Source of the DNA: Bdellovibrio sp.
Lineage (GTDB): Bacteria > Bdellovibrionota > Bdellovibrionia > Bdellovibrionales > Bdellovibrionaceae
Assembly: GCA_036676395.1 (NCBI GenBank)
Contig: JAKFCY010000002.1
Span: 1,632,001 to 1,696,000, forward strand
Reading direction: 5' to 3'
DNA: 64,000 nucleotides
The notes under the pieces were generated by a model. It made no database searches and had not been told where the DNA came from. It saw only the letters and a program-made list of their open reading frames with translations. The position numbers and the translations under genes were made by a program. How positions within the stretch are numbered: position 1 is the first letter of the stretch; each line of letters begins with the position of its first letter. Below are positions 48,177 through 57,381 of this stretch, one piece after another.

Positions 48177-48943
48177 AAGGTGAGCTCCGGAAAGCGTTTA
48201 GCTTTTTCAGCGTCTATGTTTGGGGCATTATAATTTTGATTATAAATGCGCGCACTCTCTGCGGCATTTATAATGTTTCCTAAATAAGTGATTGAAAATA
48301 CCACGCCACTGACAAGTGAAGCCGCATGTAAATCATGATCAGTTAATTCTAAAGTAGCTGATAAGAATAAAGCGTTTAATACAAAAGCCATCGCTCCTGA
48401 TTGCCAAGATCCAGTATAGGCTTGTCCTGCCCCAGGTAAAAAAGCACTCATTGTACCAGCTAAAGCAGGCGATTTTTTCTGCGGCAGATTATCTTTCCAT
48501 AGGTTAAAAGCATCAACGCGTTTTGCTTCTACAGTGTCTTCAGCTTTAGGAAAGTAATAACTTTGGTAAAGTTTAAGTTTTTGCTGATTACCTAATGAAA
48601 ATTTCAGCGGATACACTTTGTGTGATAGATGAAACATTTCATCGCGCTCACCAAGCTCGGTTGCAGCTAATAAGTATCCCCATTGAGCAGCTTCAATATT
48701 TTCAGCGCAGTCAAATTTCAGTGCCATTGAAAATTCTTGCAAGCTTAACAGATACTGTTTACGTCCATAAAGTTCACGACCGCTGTCTAATGCTAAATTT
48801 GAAGATTTACAGAATAAACTTTTAGATGTGTCTGCGGCTAAAAGGTTTTGTGTAAACAACCCGATCAGCAAAGCTGCTATCAGATTTACTCTAAGATTAA
48901 AGTTCACAATTTTCTGGCGGCAGATCAACGAAGCTAATTCCAT
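48173..48943 (-). CDS. Protein with TPR-like N-region and TM2-like C-terminal domain
   Basis: KSPALAGTMSAFLPGAGQAYTG motif followed by TM helices; start uncertain. Confidence 0.65.
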   Translation of the reverse strand: MELASLICRQKIVNFNLRVNLIAALLIGLFTQNLLAADTSKSLFCKSSNLALDSGRELYGRKQYLLSLQEFSMALKFDCAENIEAAQWGYLLAATELGERDEMFHLSHKVYPLKFSLGNQQKLKLYQSYYFPKAEDTVEAKRVDAFNLWKDNLPQKKSPALAGTMSAFLPGAGQAYTGSWQSGAMAFVLNALFLSATLELTDHDLHAASLVSGVVFSITYLGNIINAAESARIYNQNYNAPNIDAEKAKRFPELTL

Positions 48944-49283
48944 GATTATTATTTACCATAGGTAATCCTAAATAACCAGCGTCTGGCTCACGCAGAAAAC
49001 GATCAAATGTTTTAAATAAAGAAGGAATTGTGCCACAGCGTTTCGCCAGATTTTGCGAATACACGCTATCACTTGGAAAGTAATCGCAGCGCGAGAACAA
49101 ACTAGGGCGTAAAACCTGTTGGTACACACTGACTGTGGCACTTTCGGACTCTGTTACAACGCGACTAATTTTTTTTAATTTATAAGTTGAATCGATAGAA
49201 CTGACGTTAGCTGATTGTAAATTAACACAACCAGCTAAGGCTAAAGATAAAAGAAAACTATTTCTTTTGAGAAGTAGAAACAC
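48897..49283 (-). CDS. YidD-like (haemolytic domain) lipoprotein
   Basis: Lipobox LAGC; YQQVL.P...SRCDYFPSDSVY...DRFLR. Confidence 0.65.
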   Translation of the reverse strand: MFLLLKRNSFLLSLALAGCVNLQSANVSSIDSTYKLKKISRVVTESESATVSVYQQVLRPSLFSRCDYFPSDSVYSQNLAKRCGTIPSLFKTFDRFLREPDAGYLGLPMVNNNHGISFVDLPPENCEL

Positions 49284-49608
49284 AGTTGTATTCGTATGTT
49301 CTTTCAGCTTTATACTTTTGAATCCATAAGAATGGAACTAATACAAATACACCACCAGCACATGCGCCAGCGTCGAATTCTTCGCTACGAGAAAATGTGT
49401 AGTAAGCAGGTTCACAACCTGGCTTTTCGATACGAACAGAGTTTGTAGAACCCACGATTTTAGTATCAGTGTGAGTTGCTGTACCAGTTCCTTTAAACTC
49501 GCCATCGATGTAGATTTTAGCTTGTGAATCAGTTGTTCTGATCATTGTTGTTGATGAGCATGATGCAAATAATGCAGCACTTAATACGATTGCGATTGTT
49601 TTTTTCAT
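49258..49608 (-). CDS. PEGA-like domain lipoprotein
   Basis: Lipobox FASC; AKIYIDGEFKG, VRIEKPG. Confidence 0.7.
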   Translation of the reverse strand: MKKTIAIVLSAALFASCSSTTMIRTTDSQAKIYIDGEFKGTGTATHTDTKIVGSTNSVRIEKPGCEPAYYTFSRSEEFDAGACAGGVFVLVPFLWIQKYKAERTYEYNCVSTSQKK

Positions 49609-49634
49609 GTGTGGATTCCCCTTAGTTGAAACTA

Positions 49635-49664
49635 TAAATGGGTGTTTTTTAAAACACCCATTTA
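49635..49664 (-). terminator. Stem-loop after HiPIP gene
   Basis: TAAATGGGTGTTTT-TT-AAAACACCCATTTA perfect inverted repeat; U-tract weak. Confidence 0.55.
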
Positions 49665-49699
49665 TTTAATAAAACATTTGTTATGAAAGCCAGATCTAT

Positions 49700-50080
49700 T
49701 TAAGCTTTTTTAGCCCAAGAACTGCACCAGCCTTCAGCAGTTACCATTTTACCGCCGGTGAATGGCATCTGACATGGAGCTGCTTTTTTACCAGCTGCGC
49801 TAGTTTCTTTTCCAGTCTCATAAAACGCACAATTTTTGCACTTTTGATCTTTAAACTGCACGCCTGCACGAGCATTCATCAACGTTTTGTCTTTTAAAGC
49901 TGTGTTAAGTTCTACGTAATTTACTGATTGAGCTTGGCGATCTTTTGGATCCACAAGTTGTGGTCCTGCTGCTTTAGCTGCGCCACCGCCACGACGACCT
50001 TCTGCACGGGCAACTACTGGTAATAATGCAGCAGCTCCGATTAACATTCCCACTGATTGAAAAAATGATCTTCTATTCAT
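49700..50080 (-). CDS. High-potential iron-sulfur protein (HiPIP), Tat-exported
   Basis: MNRRSFF Tat signal after GAGG SD; CKNCAFY...CQMPF...GWCSSW four-Cys pattern. Confidence 0.85.
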   Translation of the reverse strand: MNRRSFFQSVGMLIGAAALLPVVARAEGRRGGGAAKAAGPQLVDPKDRQAQSVNYVELNTALKDKTLMNARAGVQFKDQKCKNCAFYETGKETSAAGKKAAPCQMPFTGGKMVTAEGWCSSWAKKA

Positions 50081-50176
50081 ATGATAAACCTCTTTAGAAT
50101 TTTTGATTAATAGATCTATCATAGCTATTTTCATTTGGTTTTCAATATCAATTTAGGGATGTAACACAAGACCGCA

Positions 50177-51559
50177 ATGACTAACTCACAAACAATTCCC
50201 ATTTATAATTTAGGCAATGATTTTTACGACGAAGTCACACCTGCGACTTTTCCTGAAAAAAAATTAAGATACTTTAATCCCCATTTGAATTTGCAAACGA
50301 TTCCCGATTTCACCGTTGAACATCTTTGGCATTTTCACCCACTAAACAACAACATATTAAAACCCTTAGCGCTTCGTTATCACGGCCATCAATTTCGTCA
50401 TTACAATCCTGACATCGGCGATGGCCGCGGTTTTTTATATGCGCAAGTTATGCAAAACAATCAGTGGTATGACTTAGGCACAAAAGGTTCAGGCACAACC
50501 CCTTATTCACGTAGTGGCGATGGACGCCTGACTTTGAAAGGCGCTGTTCGCGAAGCCTTGGCCACTGAAACCTTAGAATCCTACGGTGTAAACACCAGTA
50601 AAACAGCCTGCATTTTTGAAACTGGCGAAAGTTTAGTTCGTGGTGATGAACCAAGCCCGACGCGCTCGGCAGTTTTAACCCGTTATAGCTTAGGTCATAT
50701 TCGCATTGGTACTTTTCAAAGATTGGCCTTTTTTAATCAAACAGAAAATATTAAAAAATTAACTAAGTACGTTTTAAAATATTACTATCAAGACGAATGT
50801 AAAAAATTAGACTGGGATAACGATCTTGATGTGGCAACACGTTTTTTACAATGCGTCGGTGAACGTTTAGCTCATCTGGCCGCCCAAGTGATGATGGCTG
50901 GTTTTGTTCACGGCGTTTTAAATTCAGATAATATTAATGTCTCGGGCGAATTATTTGATTACGGGCCGTATCGCTTCTTGCCCGATTACGATCCGCAATT
51001 TACCGCCGCTTATTTTGATCAACAGGGTTTATATAGTTTTTCAGAACAACCAAGTAATTTTTTATGGAATCTAGCGCAGCTTACACAGTGTTTGATGAAA
51101 GCTTACCCGCAGCTTCCGGGCCAATTGATCTTAGAAAACTTTCAAGAGCAATTTAATGATTATTTGTACTTAGCTTTTCAGAATAAATTAAATGTTCGTT
51201 TTATAGATGATGAAACAACTACTGAAGCGATTTCTCTGTTTTTCCAAACCGTTACAGATAAGAGTATAAATTTCGAAGAAGCTTTTTTTGCGTTTCATTC
51301 AAGTCATATAGATAAAGAATTACCCGCTAGTATTAAAGATATGACGTCTGCACAGTTGTTGAAAAAAATGATTGCATCAGCCCATGTCATTGATGAAAAA
51401 ATTAATACGCACGCGTATTTTAAAAACGAAAAACCAGAGATGTTATTGATTGATAAGATAGAAGCTATTTGGAAAAAAATCAGTGATCAAGATGACTGGA
51501 CTTTATTCGAAAACAAAATCCAGTCACTAAGATTATTTAGAGGCGTCTACAGTTTGTGA
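50177..51559 (+). CDS. selO: Protein adenylyltransferase SelO/YdiU
   Basis: YHGHQF, GDGRG, KGSGTTPYSRSGDGR, GFVHGVLNSDN, DYGP. Confidence 0.9.
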   Translation: MTNSQTIPIYNLGNDFYDEVTPATFPEKKLRYFNPHLNLQTIPDFTVEHLWHFHPLNNNILKPLALRYHGHQFRHYNPDIGDGRGFLYAQVMQNNQWYDLGTKGSGTTPYSRSGDGRLTLKGAVREALATETLESYGVNTSKTACIFETGESLVRGDEPSPTRSAVLTRYSLGHIRIGTFQRLAFFNQTENIKKLTKYVLKYYYQDECKKLDWDNDLDVATRFLQCVGERLAHLAAQVMMAGFVHGVLNSDNINVSGELFDYGPYRFLPDYDPQFTAAYFDQQGLYSFSEQPSNFLWNLAQLTQCLMKAYPQLPGQLILENFQEQFNDYLYLAFQNKLNVRFIDDETTTEAISLFFQTVTDKSINFEEAFFAFHSSHIDKELPASIKDMTSAQLLKKMIASAHVIDEKINTHAYFKNEKPEMLLIDKIEAIWKKISDQDDWTLFENKIQSLRLFRGVYSL

Positions 51560-54500
51560 ATGACTGTTACTTTCGTTTTGGCCATTTCCTGCGTAAGCAG
51601 CCACTGGCGCTTCATCATCACCTTGGAATCTGCGCACAAGTCTTTGCGACCAGTTACGGAATCCTTCAATATAACCAAACGCTGCCGGAACAACGATTAA
51701 AGTTAATAACGTCGAAGATAAAATACCGCTGATGATCGCCACGCCCATTGACTGGCGTTGAGTTCCTAACTCAGTCACCCCAATGGCAATCGGAATCATA
51801 CCCGCAATCAAGGCTAATGATGTCATGACGATTGGACGTAAACGCGTTCGTGATGCTTTAACAATCGCTTTATTCATCTCGATACCGTCATCCATTAAAT
51901 GCTTTGTATAATCCACGAGTAGAATCGAGTTCTTCGCCACAACACCCATTAATAGAATGAGTCCGATGATTGAGAAAATATCGATTGATAAGTTAAAGAC
52001 CACAAGACCTACGAAGGCTCCAGAAATACCCAATGGTAACGCCAGTAAAATCGTAAACGGCGTCACGAAACTTTCGTACAATGAAGCAAGTACCAGGTAA
52101 ATAAATAGAACTCCTAGACCCATAGCGATGATCATATTACCAATAAGATCTTTAAAGTCTTGCGCTTGACCTTCGAATTTGTAAGTTACACCTAATGGTG
52201 GTTTTAACTCGTTGGCTAACATTCTTTCGATCTCACTCGTGATCGTCCCTAACTGTCCGCCCGGGCCTAAGTTTGCGGTTATGGCAATGAAGCGTCCTTT
52301 ATTTTGACGATTGATTTGCGAATAGCCTAAAGCCTCTTCAGCTTGAGCGACACGATTAAGTGGAATCATATTAAAATTCGAATTCGGAACAAACGTCGTA
52401 TTGAATTCTTTTTTCAAATCCATTTCTGAATCAGGAAATTTCATACGCACATCATACTCAATACCATTTTGACGATAAACCGCAGGTAAAGCACCTTCTG
52501 TGCGGTAACGAAGTTCTGCCCCGGCAGTCACTGTCGAAATACCTAAAGCTTCTGAACGTTCACGGTTAAACACCACATGAAATTCAGGCTTACCACCACG
52601 AAAGTTAGTATCCACGTCAACTAAGCCCGGGATCGCCTGAATTTTCTTTTGTAATTCTAGAGTGTACTTAGAAAGTTCTTCTAAGTTATCACCAACGATA
52701 TATAGATTAAGTGGTTTTTGCCCGCCGCCACCGATATCGTAGTCACCTACGGCAATGATCGCATCATTTTTATAATTTTCAGTAATTTTTCTGACCATTT
52801 CTTTTACGTCAGTTGTTGAATAGCCTTTACGTTCTTTTGCAGGCTTAAGTGCAACGTAGAAATCAGCTTTGTTTGATTCAAAAGACATCGAACCCACTGT
52901 CAGAGCCACGACTTTTACTTGCGGAAGAGCTTTAACTTCGGCTTCCAGTTTTTTAGCGAATTCGAAAGTTCCAGCTAACGATGTTCCCACCGGAGCTTCG
53001 ATAGAAACTGTAAACTCACCAGTATCTGCTGCTGGTAAGAAAGTTTTTTTAACAATCGCACCACCACCAATTGTTGCGACTAAGAAAAACGTAAGAGCAC
53101 TGGCTAATACGGTTTTACGGTGGCCAAGTGTCCAATTAAGTGCTGCTTCATAAACGTCTTCAAGCTTTGTTTGAAAGCGATCAAAAGCCGCAAGCATTCT
53201 ATTAATAAAGTTATCTTTTTTCTTTTCATGATCTTTTTTAGTCACCATGTAAGCTGAAAGCATTGGCGCCACAGTAAAGGCATCCCACAATGAAATAATC
53301 ATGGTAAACACGACTGTTAAGCCGAACTGTTTAAAGAATTGCCCGATGATTCCAGGCACGAACGCAATTGGACCAAACACGGCAATAACCACTAACGTTG
53401 TGGCCACAACCGCTAAAGCAACTTCTTTTGTTCCTTCAATGGCTGCTGTTTTTGGATCTTTGCCCATTTCTAAATGTCTAAAAATATTTTCACGCACAAC
53501 AATGGCATCATCGATCAGTAACCCTACCGCAAGCGACAGAGCGATCAATGTCATGATGTTTAATGAGAAACCCATCGCGTACATTAAAATGAATCCACCT
53601 AATAAAGAATTCGGTAATGCCAGACCAGTAATAAAAGTAGATTTTGCTGAACCTAAGAAGAAAAACACCACTAAAATACAAAGGGCAATACCGATAAAGA
53701 TAGTCTCTTTAACGTCAGCCACATTCAGACGAATCGGAACTGATCCGTCACGAACCATTTTGGCTTCTGCATTAATTTTCTTTTCTTTTAAAAAAGCATT
53801 AACTAGCTCTACTTGTTCTTTTACACGATCTGCAACGGCTACCGTATTTGCGCCAGACTGTTTATACACTTGTAAGAATAAAGCAGTCTTTCCGTCGATT
53901 GACGAAAAACGCTGAGCCTTAGCTAAACTTTCTTTTACTTCAGCGACTTCCGATAGTTTTACCGGGCGATCTGAACCGATAAAGTTAACGGCCACATTTT
54001 TAATTTGGTCTAAACTTCCGAATTCACCCACCGTACGATACACGGTTTCACTTTTTGCGGTTTCATACTTACCAATAGGAATATCTTTTGATGTATCTTC
54101 GATGCGTTTTGCAATCTGCACCATTGATAACTGGCGATCTTGAAGTTTATCTTTATCAACTAAGATTTGAATTTCTTTTTTACGGCCACCAACAATACTA
54201 ACTAAACCCACATCCGGCAGACGCTCAAATAATGGTTTAATCTGTTCATTAGCAATATCGTATAAGGCTGCCGGATCTAAATCAGAATTCACCGCAATCA
54301 TCACGATCGGTTGATCGGCTGGATCAAATCTGCGAATAATTGGCTCTTCGGCATCGTCTGGAAGTTTATTGCGAATATTCGAGATACGATTTCTAACTTG
54401 CTGTTCAGATTCTTTAATATCAACGCCAAGTTTGAACTTGATGATGATTGAACCTAACGAGTCATAGTTAAAAGAAGAAACAGTTTCAACGCCAGGGAGG

Positions 54501-54718
54501 GACGATACTTCATCTTCAATTGGTTTAGAAATCTGGCGCTCGACGTCCACAGGAGAAGCCCCTGGATACATCACTTGCACGGCTACGACGGGGAATGTCA
54601 CATCCGGAAATTGATCCACTGGCATTTTCTTGTAGGACATCAGCCCCAAAACAATCATTAAAATAACTAAACACGTAATAAAAATCGGACGTTTAATCGA
54701 TAATTCTGCTAAATTCAT
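51533..54718 (-). CDS. RND efflux permease (AcrB/AcrD/AcrF family)
   Basis: 1061 aa; SIKRP, GLLIDDAIVVREN, AKNSILLVD, RLRPIVMTS. Confidence 0.94.
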   Translation of the reverse strand: MNLAELSIKRPIFITCLVILMIVLGLMSYKKMPVDQFPDVTFPVVAVQVMYPGASPVDVERQISKPIEDEVSSLPGVETVSSFNYDSLGSIIIKFKLGVDIKESEQQVRNRISNIRNKLPDDAEEPIIRRFDPADQPIVMIAVNSDLDPAALYDIANEQIKPLFERLPDVGLVSIVGGRKKEIQILVDKDKLQDRQLSMVQIAKRIEDTSKDIPIGKYETAKSETVYRTVGEFGSLDQIKNVAVNFIGSDRPVKLSEVAEVKESLAKAQRFSSIDGKTALFLQVYKQSGANTVAVADRVKEQVELVNAFLKEKKINAEAKMVRDGSVPIRLNVADVKETIFIGIALCILVVFFFLGSAKSTFITGLALPNSLLGGFILMYAMGFSLNIMTLIALSLAVGLLIDDAIVVRENIFRHLEMGKDPKTAAIEGTKEVALAVVATTLVVIAVFGPIAFVPGIIGQFFKQFGLTVVFTMIISLWDAFTVAPMLSAYMVTKKDHEKKKDNFINRMLAAFDRFQTKLEDVYEAALNWTLGHRKTVLASALTFFLVATIGGGAIVKKTFLPAADTGEFTVSIEAPVGTSLAGTFEFAKKLEAEVKALPQVKVVALTVGSMSFESNKADFYVALKPAKERKGYSTTDVKEMVRKITENYKNDAIIAVGDYDIGGGGQKPLNLYIVGDNLEELSKYTLELQKKIQAIPGLVDVDTNFRGGKPEFHVVFNRERSEALGISTVTAGAELRYRTEGALPAVYRQNGIEYDVRMKFPDSEMDLKKEFNTTFVPNSNFNMIPLNRVAQAEEALGYSQINRQNKGRFIAITANLGPGGQLGTITSEIERMLANELKPPLGVTYKFEGQAQDFKDLIGNMIIAMGLGVLFIYLVLASLYESFVTPFTILLALPLGISGAFVGLVVFNLSIDIFSIIGLILLMGVVAKNSILLVDYTKHLMDDGIEMNKAIVKASRTRLRPIVMTSLALIAGMIPIAIGVTELGTQRQSMGVAIISGILSSTLLTLIVVPAAFGYIEGFRNWSQRLVRRFQGDDEAPVAAYAGNGQNESNSHSQTVDASK

Positions 54719-54721
54719 GAC

Positions 54722-56164
54722 TTACTCCGCACCGTTTACAGTGTCGATAAAAAATAAACTTGAAGCTTCAAGCTTTCTTAAGCTTGATCTTGTTCTTAAT
54801 AAATTAATTTCTGCTTCGGCGGCGTCGGTTTCAGCGAGCACCACATTGGCTGTGACTGTGCGGCCTTTAGAAAGCTTATCTTGTTCGGCTTTTGCACGTT
54901 CACGTTGATAACCCGCTACTTTTTCTAAAGTAGCTACAGAGTTTTTTAATACGTCATACTTACGGATTAAATCAGTCCAAGCATCCTGACCTTCGCTACG
55001 TCTTTTTTCTGCTTTATATTTTGCAGCTAAAGCATCTTTTCTAGCCGCATCACGAGTTGCTGATTTTGATCCCGTTTCAAAGACCCAAGTTAAATTCACA
55101 CCGAGTGAATTTTTTGGATAATCATCTTTAGTCATGTCACTCACCGCTTGTTGGTGATCACGGTCATATGAAGTTCTTGTATAATTCGCAAACACTGATA
55201 AATCCGGACGTAAACCATCCACAGTTTCATCTGCAATTAGCGAACGAGCTTCAGCTTCAAGAGAAGCAATGCGAGCTTCGATTTTTTCGACGTTTTTCAT
55301 TTTAATAAGATTAATTAAATAGGGACGAGAAGTTCCTAAATCGCCGTTAATTTTTGGTGTTTGTTCTCCGTCTGGTAATTGTAAATTATCGCGAAGTTTA
55401 ACTTCTTGGGCTTTTACTTCTTCTTCAGCTGCGATAAACTGAGCTTCACGTAAGGCCATGAGCGCTTTTGCATTCATCAAATCAGAACGATCAGAAATCC
55501 CATTACCGACGCGATTAGCTGTCCATTTATCAATTTTTTGTGCGCGCTCTAAGTTCGCTTTTTTAAGTTTTAAATCTTCTTGAGCAAGAGCGTAATCCCA
55601 GTAATTTGATTCAACATCATATAAAGCTAGGCGGGCTTGTAATTCAGCACCTAACTTCTCTACTTCAGCTAATTTCTCTAAACGAGAAACTTTGGTGCGC
55701 GTTCCGTGCCCAAAAGAATCTTTCCATAGGGATTGCTGGAGAGTTACACCAACGCTTCCCGTACTGTACATGTCATAGCCCGGTATCACTGAACCTGTAT
55801 TCGTAAATTCGCCAGTTTGCGCATCTAATTTAACTAAAGTTCCCGTGAAGAACTTTTTCGCAATTCCTAGATTGTAAACTTCAGCCTCGCGCTCAGGACC
55901 AAGTTGATTCGGGCGTGATTTATCATTTGAAGTTAAGTAACCGAAAGTCAAAACTGGAGCTAAATCAATTTCGGCAGCTTTTGTTTTGAGGTCTGCCGAT
56001 TCAAGACTGTATTGATAAGATTTTAAAAGCGGATTTTTTTCTTTCGCTAATCCGATATACTCATCAATTGATATGGCTTGCGCATCTTGAATGAACAAAG
56101 CCAGGGTTGCTGTCATAACAATGGCTAAAAATTTACATTGTTGCTTTACGGTTGAAGTTCTCAC
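54722..56164 (-). CDS. TolC-family outer-membrane efflux protein
   Basis: Signal peptide, A.EKNP, two OEP-like helical repeats, located between TetR and RND genes. Confidence 0.8.
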   Translation of the reverse strand: MRTSTVKQQCKFLAIVMTATLALFIQDAQAISIDEYIGLAKEKNPLLKSYQYSLESADLKTKAAEIDLAPVLTFGYLTSNDKSRPNQLGPEREAEVYNLGIAKKFFTGTLVKLDAQTGEFTNTGSVIPGYDMYSTGSVGVTLQQSLWKDSFGHGTRTKVSRLEKLAEVEKLGAELQARLALYDVESNYWDYALAQEDLKLKKANLERAQKIDKWTANRVGNGISDRSDLMNAKALMALREAQFIAAEEEVKAQEVKLRDNLQLPDGEQTPKINGDLGTSRPYLINLIKMKNVEKIEARIASLEAEARSLIADETVDGLRPDLSVFANYTRTSYDRDHQQAVSDMTKDDYPKNSLGVNLTWVFETGSKSATRDAARKDALAAKYKAEKRRSEGQDAWTDLIRKYDVLKNSVATLEKVAGYQRERAKAEQDKLSKGRTVTANVVLAETDAAEAEINLLRTRSSLRKLEASSLFFIDTVNGAE

Positions 56165-56799
56165 ACTAGAGCTCCTGTTAAAAATAGATCGACGACTTGT
56201 TTTTTAAATAAATCTTTATCTTTGATGAATTCTTCGCAATCTGAATTGATTTTGGTTTTACAGTCCATAAGTTCAAAGAAACCAAAAACTCCTTCTGAAA
56301 GCAGAATAAAAAATATCGCGGGGTGAAGACTTTGCTTCACGATGCCTTCGGCCTGCGCTGTTCTGAACATTTCAAAAAAGTTTTGAATCATCGGATAAAA
56401 AACTTCTTCATGAACTTCTTTACATAACGGCATACCTTCAATTTTTTCACGGGCTAAGATCAACGAAATTTCAGGATGTGACGAACGCATCTCGATCATA
56501 TTGCCAACCATCGTCTCTACTTCTTTCATAAAAAGCTCTTTAGTCATTGGTTGGCTGCGAAATTCAGAAATTGAAGGCTGAACTTTTTCACGCACTTTTA
56601 AAGCAAACTCGCGAATCACTTCGCGGTATAAACCTTCTTTACCGCCGAAGTGATAAGAGATTAATGAAATATTTGCTTGTGAATCTTTTGAAATATCGCG
56701 AGTTGATGTTTTGTCTAAACCGCATCTAGAAAATAACTTAGCTGCAGCTGCCAAAATACATGTCTTCGCATCTTGTTTTGAATTTAATTTTGCAGACAT
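56161..56799 (-). CDS. TetR-family regulator
   Basis: ILAAAAKLF...TSTRDI...ISYHFGGKEGLY. Confidence 0.9.
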   Translation of the reverse strand: MSAKLNSKQDAKTCILAAAAKLFSRCGLDKTSTRDISKDSQANISLISYHFGGKEGLYREVIREFALKVREKVQPSISEFRSQPMTKELFMKEVETMVGNMIEMRSSHPEISLILAREKIEGMPLCKEVHEEVFYPMIQNFFEMFRTAQAEGIVKQSLHPAIFFILLSEGVFGFFELMDCKTKINSDCEEFIKDKDLFKKQVVDLFLTGALV

Positions 56800-56859
56800 A
56801 AAATCCTCGGGTTATCTAATTAAGCTAACTTAGGATCGGTTAAAAAGCAGTAAAAATTT

Positions 56860-56875
56860 AATCAATCGTTTGATT
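56860..56875. promoter_or_regulatory. Putative TetR operator
   Basis: AATCAATCGTTTGATT, 14/16 palindromic, about 60 bp upstream of tetR. Confidence 0.55.
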
Positions 56876-56967
56876 TTATTGCAAATCATTGAATTTACTA
56901 ATGAATTCTAGTCTCATTTGGTAATCACTAGGATGTTTACTCTAGTTTTTAGCTGCATTTTTGATAC

Positions 56968-56997
56968 AAAAAAACCCTGAAAGCACAACTTTCAGGG
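56968..56997 (-). terminator. Rho-independent terminator
   Basis: CCCTGAAAG-CACAA-CTTTCAGGG with A7 on the + strand (U-tract on minus). Confidence 0.8.
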
Positions 56998-57031
56998 CCT
57001 ATCTAATGACTAAATAAGTTCTCTTAAAAAA

Positions 57032-57244
57032 CTAAGAACCTTTAGCGCACTCAGTACAACCAGCAGCTTTTTTTTCATCTTTTTTAGCTGTATCGTGGCC
57101 GCCGCATTTACAAGCTGTGCCTGATTTTTCGCACGCACATGCTGCTCCACCGTGATCGTGTTTGTGGCCGCCAGACATATGGCCGCAGCCTTGAGCAGTG
57201 ACAAAAAGTGTAAATAAAATTGACGTAGCTAGGATTTTTTTCAT
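57032..57244 (-). CDS. Small His/Cys-rich lipoprotein
   Basis: GGAG SD, lipobox AQGC, HKHDH, CAC, CKC, CTEC; own terminator. Confidence 0.7.
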   Translation of the reverse strand: MKKILATSILFTLFVTAQGCGHMSGGHKHDHGGAACACEKSGTACKCGGHDTAKKDEKKAAGCTECAKGS

Positions 57245-57381
57245 GAATTCTCCGTGGTTATGTTTATTTCAGAGAAAAAAAACCTGTTAAGTTAGGCTTT
57301 CTCTCTCTCCTTTGATATTTTTGCCTAAGTTTCAGTTAAAGACAACTGGACTAAGGCGCGGTTCAGCGCCTAGGGGGATCC

